Positions 18,954-26,968 of a stretch of 64,000 nt of DNA are shown piece after piece; position 1 is the stretch's first letter, and the number at the start of each line of letters is the position of its first letter. Under the pieces are notes generated by a model that was not told the DNA's origin, made no database searches, and saw only the letters and a list, made by a program, of their open reading frames with translations. The translations under genes and the position numbers were made by a program. This DNA is from an uncultured Gammaproteobacteria bacterium (GTDB lineage Bacteria; Pseudomonadota; Gammaproteobacteria; Steroidobacterales; Foliamicaceae): contig OX639965.1 of the NCBI GenBank assembly GCA_951828235.1, positions 2,245,556 through 2,309,555 on the forward strand. The letters are read 5' to 3'.

Positions 18954-20179
18954 GCGACCGGATCCAAGCCCTGGCCGACGGCGCACTGGCCGGCGATCGG
19001 CGCAGCCTGGCGCGCGCGCTGACCCTGGTTGAGTCGGAGCGCGGCGTTGACCGGGACGCGGCGCGCGAGTTGATTGCGCGGCTTGAAGCGGCCTCCAGCC
19101 CCGCCACCAGAATCGGGATCACGGGCCCGCCCGGAGCGGGAAAATCCACGCTGATCGAGCAGTTGGGCCTGCGCTTCGTCGACGGGGGCAAACGCGTGTG
19201 CGTGCTGGCGGTCGACCCTACGTCGTCGCGCACCGGCGGCTCGATACTGGGCGACAAGACCCGGATGTCCGAATTGACGCGCAAGGCAGGCGTATTCATC
19301 CGGCCCTCGCCCACCGGCGACGGCAGCGGCGCATTGAGCGGCCGCACGCGCCAGGCCCTGCAGGTCCTGGGCAGCGGGCCGTTCGATTACCTGCTGCTGG
19401 AAACGGCCGGCTCGGGACAGGCGGATACCGAGGTCGCCGGCCTGGTGGACGTGCTCGTTCTGGTGCTGGCGCCCGGCGGGGGAGACGAGTTGCAGGGGAT
19501 GAAGCGCGGCATACGGGAGCTTGCGGACCTGATCGTCGTCAACAAGGCGGACGGCGAGACGCGCCAGTTGGCGCAATCCACGGCGTCCGATTACGCGCGG
19601 TCGATCCCGGCGGCGGGTCGCGGCGCGGTGGTCAGTTGCTCGGCGCTGGAGGGAACCGGCCTGGACGAACTCGCCCGCCGGATCGGCGAACTGGCCGACT
19701 CCGCGCCGGACAGGGAAAAGGCGGGGCAGGCGCGCGAGCGCGATGCGTCGGGTGCGATCGGGCGGCTTAACCACGTGGCGCTGGCCACGACGAATGTCGA
19801 GGAGGCCGCCGCCTTCTATCGCGATGTCCTGGGCGCCGAGGTTTCCGAACCCAGGCCCATGCCCGAGCATGGCGTGACCACCGTGTTCGTTCGACTGCCC
19901 AACAGCGCGCTGGAACTGCTGGAACCGCTGGGCGAGGATTCGCCGGTGAGCGGTTTTCTCAAGCGCGCAACCGCCGGCGGGATGCACCATATCTGCTGCG
20001 AAGTGGACGACATTCTGGCGGCGCGCGACAGAGTGCGCGAGCAGGGCGTGCGCATACTGGGGGACGGCGAGCCCAGCATCGGCGCGCATGGCCTGCCGGT
20101 CCTGTTTCTGCACCCCAAGGACTGCTTCGGGGTGCTGATCGAATTGGAAGAACGTGCTAGCGTTGGATCCGAGAGTTAA
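18950..20179 (+). CDS. meaB: MeaB/ArgK-like G3E GTPase fused to methylmalonyl-CoA epimerase (VOC fold)
   Basis: Residues ~55-205: GITGPPGAGKSTLIE, DPTSSRTGGSILGDKTRM, ETAGSGQAD, VVNKADG. Residues ~270-402: NHVALATTNVEEAAAFY, LELLEPLGEDSPVSGFL, GGMHHICCEVDDI, GAHGLPVLFLHPKD. Single ORF; ATGA overlap with pccA. Confidence 0.85.
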   Translation: MSDRIQALADGALAGDRRSLARALTLVESERGVDRDAARELIARLEAASSPATRIGITGPPGAGKSTLIEQLGLRFVDGGKRVCVLAVDPTSSRTGGSILGDKTRMSELTRKAGVFIRPSPTGDGSGALSGRTRQALQVLGSGPFDYLLLETAGSGQADTEVAGLVDVLVLVLAPGGGDELQGMKRGIRELADLIVVNKADGETRQLAQSTASDYARSIPAAGRGAVVSCSALEGTGLDELARRIGELADSAPDREKAGQARERDASGAIGRLNHVALATTNVEEAAAFYRDVLGAEVSEPRPMPEHGVTTVFVRLPNSALELLEPLGEDSPVSGFLKRATAGGMHHICCEVDDILAARDRVREQGVRILGDGEPSIGAHGLPVLFLHPKDCFGVLIELEERASVGSES

Positions 20180-20203
20180 TCGGGCGCTGGCGAGGAGGTC
20201 CTG

Positions 20204-20584
20204 ATGCCGCTGTTATTTGTGCTTTTGGCGACGCTGCTGCTGGCGTCATCCGTCTTTCTGGGCGCCTACGGAACGCACGGTCTTTTTGAGGCGGGCGCCG
20301 CCGTTTCGGAAGTGCGGGCCTGGGACTGGGCGAACCAGTTACAGGTAGCGCATTCGCTGGGATTGCTGGCCGTCGGGCTGATGCTGCGCCGCAGCCCGGA
20401 CATCGTGTTCTACAAGGTCGCCGGCTGGCTGCTGATCGTGGGCATCGCGGTGTTTTCGGGCACGAACTACGTGAAACTGCTGGGCGGCCCCGACTTTGCC
20501 TCGCTGACTCCCTACGGCGGCATGGCGCTGGCGGTTGCCTGGCTCAGCGCCGCCGCGGGCGTCTGGCGCGACTTCCGCTCGTAA
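20204..20584 (+). CDS. DUF423 (YgdD/TMEM256-like) small membrane protein
   Basis: Four predicted TM segments; FLGAYGTHGL matches the GAxGAHGL-type motif of DUF423. Confidence 0.65.
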   Translation: MPLLFVLLATLLLASSVFLGAYGTHGLFEAGAAVSEVRAWDWANQLQVAHSLGLLAVGLMLRRSPDIVFYKVAGWLLIVGIAVFSGTNYVKLLGGPDFASLTPYGGMALAVAWLSAAAGVWRDFRS

Positions 20585-20586
20585 TC

Positions 20587-20613
20587 CCGGGAAATAGGGC
20601 GTCCCGCCCTCAC
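20587..20613. repeat. GC-rich hairpin repeat copy 1 (CCGGGAAATAGGGCGTCCCGCCCTCAC)
   Basis: 25 of 27 positions identical to 29850-29876. Core stem AGGGCG / CGCCCT with loop TCC. Begins 2 nt after the DUF423 stop codon. Confidence 0.7.
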
Positions 20614-21581
20614 TGAAGGCGAGACGCCTTCACTCCCTGGGCGTCGGCGGCATTGATGACGGCGCTGATTTCGGCATCGTGGCCCGCGACGCGGCAGTAT
20701 TTTCTCAGGATGCCCTGCAGGTTGGGCCGCTTCTCCGCTGGCGTGTCGCCGCGCCCGATCCCGCCCCCCAGTTCGAGGAATGACGAGGCGCCGTTCTCCA
20801 CCGCCCACTGCATGCATCCGATCCAGTTCACCGGGTTGATGAGCTGAAAGAACAGCCGGGTGCGGATGGCGTCCGGCGCCGGATCGTGCGGTCGGGCCGT
20901 GTAGTTGGACAGCACCGGGAAACGCGGGGCAAGGAATTCCGTGCGCTTGAGCACCTCGCGGAACTCCCGGGCCGCCGTCACCATCAGATAGGTGTGGAAT
21001 GCGCCCTCGGTGGCCAGCGGCGCCCCCCGCTTGCGCGGGTAGTTTTCCGCCAGGTCGGCCGCAAGTTGCTCCAGGTCCGCGTGCGCGCCGCCGACCACCG
21101 TCTGGGTCGGCAGGTTCAGGCCGGCGATCTGGCAGCAGTGCCGGTCGGCCAGCTGCCGCGCTTCGTCAGCGGCCATGGCAAGCGCCAGCATGCCGCCTTC
21201 GCCGTGTTCGCCCATCAGCCGGCCGCGCTCGCTGACCAGGTGAAGCGCATCCCGGAAGGAAAGGGCGCCGCCGGCGACCAGCGCGCTGTACTCGCCGAGA
21301 CTGTGTCCTGCAGCCGCCATTGGCGTCAATTCGCCGCCCAATTGCGCTTCTGCGACCCGCAGGCAGGCGATCGAATGGGTCAGCAGGGCGGGTTGCGTAT
21401 AGCGGGTCAGCCCGATCTTCCCTTCCGGGTCGCTGAAGCTGAGCTCCCGCATGTCGTAGCCGAGCGCCTCGCCGGCCTCGTCGTACACCCTTCGGGCCGC
21501 ATCGAAGGCCTCGTGGAGATCGCTGCCCATTCCGGCGTACTGGGCGCCCTGGCCGGGGAATACCAGCATTCCCGTATCCAT
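20610..21581 (-). CDS. Malonyl-CoA:ACP transacylase (FabD) family paralogue
   Basis: LVFPGQGAQYAGMG, active-site GHSLGEYSALVAGG, and EGAFHTYLM. Start at M38 (or M42) of the tracked ORF, 11 nt after the aminotransferase stop. No ACP or fab genes adjacent. Confidence 0.75.
   Translation of the reverse strand: MDTGMLVFPGQGAQYAGMGSDLHEAFDAARRVYDEAGEALGYDMRELSFSDPEGKIGLTRYTQPALLTHSIACLRVAEAQLGGELTPMAAAGHSLGEYSALVAGGALSFRDALHLVSERGRLMGEHGEGGMLALAMAADEARQLADRHCCQIAGLNLPTQTVVGGAHADLEQLAADLAENYPRKRGAPLATEGAFHTYLMVTAAREFREVLKRTEFLAPRFPVLSNYTARPHDPAPDAIRTRLFFQLINPVNWIGCMQWAVENGASSFLELGGGIGRGDTPAEKRPNLQGILRKYCRVAGHDAEISAVINAADAQGVKASRLQ
20615..20631. terminator. Second hairpin GAAGGCG-AGA-CGCCTTC in a convergent gene gap
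   Basis: 7-bp stem with a 3-nt loop, read directly. Overlaps the last codons of the minus-strand FabD-like gene. No U-tract. Confidence 0.3.
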
Positions 21582-21592
21582 GATATGCAGAC

Positions 21593-22849
21593 TCAGGCTG
21601 CCTTTGCTTGCAGGCGCGAGGCTTCCTCGCCGATGATTCTCAAGCCTTCGAAGACCGTATCCGCATCGCCGCACACATTGACGCGAATGCATTCGCGCTC
21701 GTGGGTCCAGGGCTTGCGCAGGCCGGGGAAGAATTCGTGGCCGGAAAGGATCATCACGCCGCGCGTCCTGAGGCGCCGGTAGAGGGCCTGGTTGTCATTA
21801 AGCCCGGGGAACCACAGCCAAAGAAACATCGAGCCTTCCGGCTTGTGAATGTAGTAGTCGCAGTTGGTGAGCGTTTCATGACAGAAGCCCACCGCGTCGC
21901 GGATCTTGCGCTGGTAGAACGGCCGGATCAGTTCGCGACTGATCCTCAGCAACTCGCGGTTTTCCAGCAGCGGCGCCACCAGCGCGGCGCCCGCGGCCCC
22001 CACCGCCAGCTGCGTGAGCGCGTTCACGCGCCCCATGATTTCCGTGACTTCCTCGTTGGCCACGACGATCCCCGTGCGCAGTGCGGGCAGGCCGATCTTG
22101 GACAGGCTCATCGTGAGAATGGTGTTCTCGTTCCACTCGGGGCGCTCATCTACGTAGATCATTCCCGGGAAGGGGAATCCATAGGCGTTGTCCACGATCA
22201 AGGGGACCTGCCGTTCCCGCGCTACCTCATCCAGCCGCGCGAGTTCCGACTGCCGAATCACGTTGCCGGTGGGATTGGTGGGTCTTGAAACGACAATCGC
22301 GCCGATGTCGGCGACTTCATCCAGCCCTTCCATGCGCAGTCCGTACTTGAACTGACGATTCGGAAGCTTGCGGATGATCGAGCGGCGCGAAACGACGTCC
22401 GCTTCGTCGGCGAGCAGGCCCTTGTAACCGATGTATTCCGGACACAGCGGAATAATGATCCGCCGCCGCTTGCCGCCGGGCCCCACGCCGCCGAAGAGAT
22501 TGAAAAGGTAGTAAAAGCAAAGTTGACTGCCGGGCGCCAGGGAGATGTTCCTGGCGGTCAGCGGCCAGCCGTATTCCTCGCGGAGCATATCGGCCAGGGC
22601 CTCGCGAAAACGCGTATCTCCCAGGGGCTCGGAGTAGATGGACGCCATGTTGTCGAACCGGTCCGGGTTGGCAGCAATTTGCGCCAGTTCGGCCCGGAAA
22701 ATTTCCCTGACTTCGGGAATAATTGCCGGGTTGCCGCCGCCCAGTCGATACACCTTGTCGATTCCGGGAATGGGGCACGACATGTCTTCCATCAATTCTT
22801 TCGCGCCGCTGTGGGCGTTGAAGGTCCTGACAAAATTGGAATACTGCAT
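21593..22849 (-). CDS. avtA: Class I/II aminotransferase, valine-pyruvate transaminase (AvtA)-like
   Basis: N-terminus FNAHSGAKELMEDM...LGGGNPAIIPEV...LREEYGWPLTARNISLAPGSQLCFYYLFNLFGG parallels E. coli AvtA as I remember it. SLSKIGLPALRTG carries the PLP lysine. Confidence 0.7.
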   Translation of the reverse strand: MQYSNFVRTFNAHSGAKELMEDMSCPIPGIDKVYRLGGGNPAIIPEVREIFRAELAQIAANPDRFDNMASIYSEPLGDTRFREALADMLREEYGWPLTARNISLAPGSQLCFYYLFNLFGGVGPGGKRRRIIIPLCPEYIGYKGLLADEADVVSRRSIIRKLPNRQFKYGLRMEGLDEVADIGAIVVSRPTNPTGNVIRQSELARLDEVARERQVPLIVDNAYGFPFPGMIYVDERPEWNENTILTMSLSKIGLPALRTGIVVANEEVTEIMGRVNALTQLAVGAAGAALVAPLLENRELLRISRELIRPFYQRKIRDAVGFCHETLTNCDYYIHKPEGSMFLWLWFPGLNDNQALYRRLRTRGVMILSGHEFFPGLRKPWTHERECIRVNVCGDADTVFEGLRIIGEEASRLQAKAA

Positions 22850-22918
22850 CGATTTGCCTTGCTTCGTGCGCTCGCTTGATTGACTTGAAGTGCGGAGTTT
22901 ACTTATTTACCTAAAGAA

Positions 22919-23635
22919 ATGGGCTTATTCAGGGGAAATTCAAGCATCGCGCCGCCGGGGAACAGCGCGCTCATACTGGTGTTTCGCCGGCCCCGCGAGC
23001 AGCACGGCAAACGGCGGCTGGCCGGGGCCCTCAACGAACAGGCCCTGGTGGAGCTCTGCCGGCTGATGCTGAACTGCGCGCTGGAAGACCTTCGAGCCTG
23101 GCGCGGACGGGTGGTTCTGGCTCCGGAAGGCGGCGAGGATCGCGACTGGGCGCTGTCCCTGCAGGCGACCCGCCCGGACGCCCGCAAACCGGCGAGAGTC
23201 CTGGCTCAGGGCGACGGCAACCTGGGCAGGCGCCTGGAGCGATTGGACCGGGCGCTCAACGGAATGCAACTTAAGCGCCGCATCTATATCGGCAGCGATG
23301 CGCCGGTACTCGGCGCCCGGCACTATCGGCGCGCCATTGCCGGGCTCGCTACCCACGACGTGGTGCTGGCGGCGGCGCGCGATGGCGGGGTAACCATGAT
23401 GGCCACCCGGCGGGTCTGGCCGCCGCTGGCGGGCCTTCCCTGGGGGTCGCCGGGACTGGCCCGGGCGTTGGGCGCCGCCTGCCGCAGGGCCGGCCAGACC
23501 GTGCTTCGGGTCCCCGGAGGTTTTGACGTCGACCGCCGGGCCGACCTGGTTCACCTGGACCGCGCGCTTCGCGGCGACGCGAGGCCTGCCCGCCGCGAGC
23601 TGCATCGCTGGCTTGAGTCGAATCGACCGGCGTGA
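22919..23635 (+). CDS. DUF2064 / TIGR04282-type transferase 1 (rSAM/selenodomain-associated family)
   Basis: LILVFRRPREQHGKRRL, QGDGNLGRRLERL, IYIGSDAPVL and GGVTMMA resemble DUF2064. Confidence 0.65.
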   Translation: MGLFRGNSSIAPPGNSALILVFRRPREQHGKRRLAGALNEQALVELCRLMLNCALEDLRAWRGRVVLAPEGGEDRDWALSLQATRPDARKPARVLAQGDGNLGRRLERLDRALNGMQLKRRIYIGSDAPVLGARHYRRAIAGLATHDVVLAAARDGGVTMMATRRVWPPLAGLPWGSPGLARALGAACRRAGQTVLRVPGGFDVDRRADLVHLDRALRGDARPARRELHRWLESNRPA

Positions 23636-24315
23636 TGCAGGTCTCCATCGTCATTCCCGTATTCCGCGACCGGCAGGCGCTGGAAACAATGCTTGAGGCG
23701 CTGGCCGCGCTTGATCCCCGGCCGTCGGAGGTCGTTGTCGTGGATGGAGCAGGCGATAAGGCAATCGAGGTGCTTTGCGCCGACGCCGGTTGCCGCTATC
23801 TGGCTTCCCGCGCATGCCGCGGCGAACAGATGGACCGTGGCGCGCGCGCGGCGGAAAAGGAAGTCTTGTGGTTTCTTCATGCCGACAACACGCCCCGGCC
23901 GGAGTCCATCGCGGTCATTCGCGCGCACCTGGCCCCGGGCGCCGTGGGGGGCTGGTTTCGGTTCGTATTCGACAACGAGAGTTGCTGGCAGGCGCACTTG
24001 CTGGCCCTCCTGATCAACCTGCGCGCACGAGTCGGCACTCCGTACGGCGATCAGGGGCTCTTCATGCGCAGCGACGCCTACCGGCGGGCCGGAGGATTCC
24101 CCCCTCGCGCGCTTTTCGAAGAGCCGCCGCTCGTGAAGCGTTTGCGGAGACTGGGCCGGTTTGCCCCCGTGCCGGCTGCCCTTGGGGTGTCCGCCCGGCG
24201 GTGGAAACGTGACGGTTGGTTCAGGCGCAGCCTCAGGAATCGGCTGCTTGCCCTCGCGTATATCTTGCGCCGTTCGCCGGACGACCTGGCGCGGAAGTAC
24301 TTTCGGCGCGGTTAG
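23632..24315 (+). CDS. Family-2 glycosyltransferase, TIGR04283-type transferase 2
   Basis: VSIVIPVFRDRQALETML, VLWFLHADNTP and GDQGLFMRSDAYRRAGGF. Start GTG 23632 or ATG 23635 overlaps the DUF2064 stop. Confidence 0.7.
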   Translation: MMQVSIVIPVFRDRQALETMLEALAALDPRPSEVVVVDGAGDKAIEVLCADAGCRYLASRACRGEQMDRGARAAEKEVLWFLHADNTPRPESIAVIRAHLAPGAVGGWFRFVFDNESCWQAHLLALLINLRARVGTPYGDQGLFMRSDAYRRAGGFPPRALFEEPPLVKRLRRLGRFAPVPAALGVSARRWKRDGWFRRSLRNRLLALAYILRRSPDDLARKYFRRG

Positions 24316-24322
24316 CCGGGAT

Positions 24323-25702
24323 TCATGTGCCCGGCTCGCAAACGCCGCCCAGAATCTGCGCATTCCGCCATTCGTCAGGCCATTCGGAAGGTCCCGGCGG
24401 CCCGATGAGTTCCGCGGTCGGCGTACCGGCAACGGACGGAATCGAATCGGGCGAACGGCCGGCAATCGGGTAGTCCAGCTCGTCAGGCGCTACCCATGCA
24501 CCGTCGGTTGATGCGATGGCCCTTTCCGGCTCCGGTAGTGGGGTTTTCTCCGGCCGGGGTGCGGACGATCCGGACCCGGCGGAGCTCGCCAGTTCTCCGG
24601 CTACATCCGCGGCCAACTTTGCTCCCTGAACTTCCGGTTTATCCCGTATGGAACTGACGGCCAGTTCCTTTGCGCCATCCAGCGCCACGTCCGTGAGCTT
24701 TTCCACGATCCTGCTTCCGAGTCCGGAACCGGCCGATTGATCCCCACTCGATTGCGGGTTCCCGGTCTCGGGCGTCACCCATGTTGCGGCTTCGGGCGCA
24801 AGGCTTGTTTCACGGGATGACAATATCCGGCCTTCCGGCGAAATCCAGCTTTCACCCGAGGCGTCGGGAGTCGCCGAGCCCTGCGTATCGGCCATGCCGC
24901 TTGAATCCTCGCCTGCAGTATCCTCCCGCGCGGATTCGGCCACGGATTCCGTGTCTTCATCGCCGGGGAAGCGCAGGTCCACATCCGAATAGCCTTCGCC
25001 GCTCTCCTGGTGCGATTCCGCCGAGACCGGCGGCACGGACTCGCCCAGAACGATTCGGAAGTGCTGTGCGACCGGCGGCAGCTCGACCTCCGTATCCTCA
25101 AGCAGGGTGCGGCCGTCCAGTCCGATCGCATCGTTGTAGAACTCCACGTTGGAGTCCTTCTCGATCCTGAGAACGCCACCCTCCAGCGCAACGCCCGCGA
25201 ACAGGCCCTTGGAGCGGGCCATCGCCACGATGCGGTTCTCCAGCTTGTTGTCCGTACCGGCGCTAGCACTGCCGCCCAGTTCGCCGGCCGCATAACCGGC
25301 GTCGGCGCCGATGGAGAACTGCCCGCCGGAGATCGCCTCAACGGCCTTGGGGTCCTTGAACACGATCAGGAGCTGCGACATGGACACGCCGAATTGCAGC
25401 CCGAAGCTGCCGCTGGTGATGCGAACGAAGGCGGGCTTGCTCCAGTTTCCGGACTCCAGCCGCGTCGCCAACACGCCTTGGCCATGCTTCACGCCGCCGA
25501 GCAGCCCGACTTGCACGAACTCGGGAAAAACTGCCACGGCGTAGGCATTTTCAAGCACGCGCGGGGCATCTTCTTCGAGGGGACCGCGGATTTCCTGCAG
25601 AATCGATGCGGCGTGCATCATTCTGTCGTTGAGTTTCTCGTCGGCGAGCAGTGGCGCCGCGAGCAGAAATAGAATGATTCCAACAACTGCTTTACGCATC
25701 AT
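24323..25702 (-). CDS. Exported SYLF (Ysc84/DUF500) lipid-binding-domain protein with a long acidic low-complexity tail
   Basis: Signal peptide MMRKAVVGIILFLLAAPLLA. SYLF-like block YAVAVFPEFVQVGLLGGVKHGQGVL...SGSFGLQFG...FSIGADAGYAAG...KGLFAGVALEGG (residues ~25-195). Residues 196-459 are Ser/Gly/Glu/Asp/Pro-rich. Confidence 0.75.
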   Translation of the reverse strand: MMRKAVVGIILFLLAAPLLADEKLNDRMMHAASILQEIRGPLEEDAPRVLENAYAVAVFPEFVQVGLLGGVKHGQGVLATRLESGNWSKPAFVRITSGSFGLQFGVSMSQLLIVFKDPKAVEAISGGQFSIGADAGYAAGELGGSASAGTDNKLENRIVAMARSKGLFAGVALEGGVLRIEKDSNVEFYNDAIGLDGRTLLEDTEVELPPVAQHFRIVLGESVPPVSAESHQESGEGYSDVDLRFPGDEDTESVAESAREDTAGEDSSGMADTQGSATPDASGESWISPEGRILSSRETSLAPEAATWVTPETGNPQSSGDQSAGSGLGSRIVEKLTDVALDGAKELAVSSIRDKPEVQGAKLAADVAGELASSAGSGSSAPRPEKTPLPEPERAIASTDGAWVAPDELDYPIAGRSPDSIPSVAGTPTAELIGPPGPSEWPDEWRNAQILGGVCEPGT

Positions 25703-25794
25703 CGTTGCCCTGAGGGTGGCGTTGTTGGTTCAGCAAATATACATTATTTCATGGGGTTGTCAATGATTTTTGCATCACATATCAAGCCGAATCA

Positions 25795-25871
25795 TGGTCG
25801 GGGTGACTGGATTTGAACCAGCGACTCCTGCCACCCGAAGACAGTGCTCTACCAGGCTGAGCTACACCCCG
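25795..25871 (-). tRNA. tRNA-Pro (anticodon CGG)
   Basis: Reverse complement CGGGGTG TA GCTC AGCCTGGTA GAGC A CTGTC TTCGGGT GGCAG GAGTC GCTGG TTCAAAT CCAGT CACCCCG A CCA folds into a full cloverleaf with encoded CCA. Confidence 0.93.
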
Positions 25872-25895
25872 ACCGAAGGACTGAATGCCCGGATG

Positions 25896-26894
25896 CTAGT
25901 AGCCGCGCTCCGCTGCGAACCGCGCCAGCGATGTCAAAACGTCGCGAAAGCGGTTTTCGGGCAGGGCGGACAAAGCATCCGCGGCGCGCTCGGAAGCTTC
26001 CCTTGCGCGCCCGGCGGCGTATTTTAGCGCCCCCGTGGACTGGATCGCTTCCATGACGCCGGGAAGATTGTCCAGGCTACCGCTACGGAGGGCGTCGCGC
26101 AGCACGGTTTGCTGGGCGGGAGACCCGACCTGCATGGCGCGGAGCAGGGGCAAGGTGGTCTTTCCCTCTTTCAGGTCCGTGCCGACGTTCTTGCCGAACG
26201 CTTCCTCGCCGCCGGAGTAATCCAGCACGTCGTCGGTAATCTGGTAGGCCATGCCGAGCTCGAGACCGTAGCGGGCGGCAGCGTCTTCGATGTTCCTTTC
26301 GCTGTGCGCCAGGATGGCGCCGATCCGCGCACAGGCTTCGAAGAGGGAGGCGGTCTTGCGCCTTATGACCTCGAGGTATTGCTCTTCGGTGACGGCCAGC
26401 TGATTCAAGTTCATCAACTGCATTACTTCGCCTTCGGCGATCTGATTGGTGGTTGAGGCCAGCACCTCCACGGCGCGTCGCTCCTCGAGCAGCTCGACGA
26501 TGAGCTGGAATGCGCGGGAGTAAAGGAAATCGCCCACCAGGACGCTGGCCGCGGGCCCGTGAAGCACGTTGGCCGCCGATGTCCCGCGGCGCATTTCCGC
26601 TTCGTCCACGACGTCGTCGTGCAGCAGCGTGGCCGAATGGATGTATTCCACGATGACGCCGGCCCGGACCTGCGTGCCTCCCGGGGCGCAGCCCAGCGCA
26701 CGGGCCACGATCATCAGCAGCATGGGCCGTATTCGCTTGCCCCCCGAATTCAGGAGGTACTGCGCTACCCGGCCGACCAGCGGAACATCGCTGCGCAAGT
26801 GGCTGTAGATGAGCCGGTTGAGGAGGTTGACATCCTTCCCCACCAGCCGCAAGGCCTGCCGGAATACCTCCGAATTGGACACCGCGCCAATCAT
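25896..26894 (-). CDS. ispB: Octaprenyl-diphosphate synthase (polyprenyl synthetase)
   Basis: GGKRIRPMLL, first DDxxD motif LLHDDVVDEAEMRRG, second motif GMAYQITDDVLDY. Start at M21 of the tracked ORF. Confidence 0.9.
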   Translation of the reverse strand: MIGAVSNSEVFRQALRLVGKDVNLLNRLIYSHLRSDVPLVGRVAQYLLNSGGKRIRPMLLMIVARALGCAPGGTQVRAGVIVEYIHSATLLHDDVVDEAEMRRGTSAANVLHGPAASVLVGDFLYSRAFQLIVELLEERRAVEVLASTTNQIAEGEVMQLMNLNQLAVTEEQYLEVIRRKTASLFEACARIGAILAHSERNIEDAAARYGLELGMAYQITDDVLDYSGGEEAFGKNVGTDLKEGKTTLPLLRAMQVGSPAQQTVLRDALRSGSLDNLPGVMEAIQSTGALKYAAGRAREASERAADALSALPENRFRDVLTSLARFAAERGY

Positions 26895-26968
26895 ATCAAT
26901 TCGCGGTCGGTCGGGGCCGTGCGAGCCAGGCCCTAAAATGCAGCCTCGCGCCAAGTGGGTTACCTTCG

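Noticed and set aside
15121-18986. Very long ORFs antisense to, or out of frame with, pccB/pccA: 15121-16923 minus (600 aa), 17199-18986 minus (595 aa) and 16745-18670 plus (641 aa).
   Set aside because: Their translations are Arg/Gly/Ala/Pro-rich with no recognisable motifs. The frames I annotated carry unmistakable carboxylase motifs. Long shadow ORFs are expected in GC-rich DNA because stop codons are rare off-frame.
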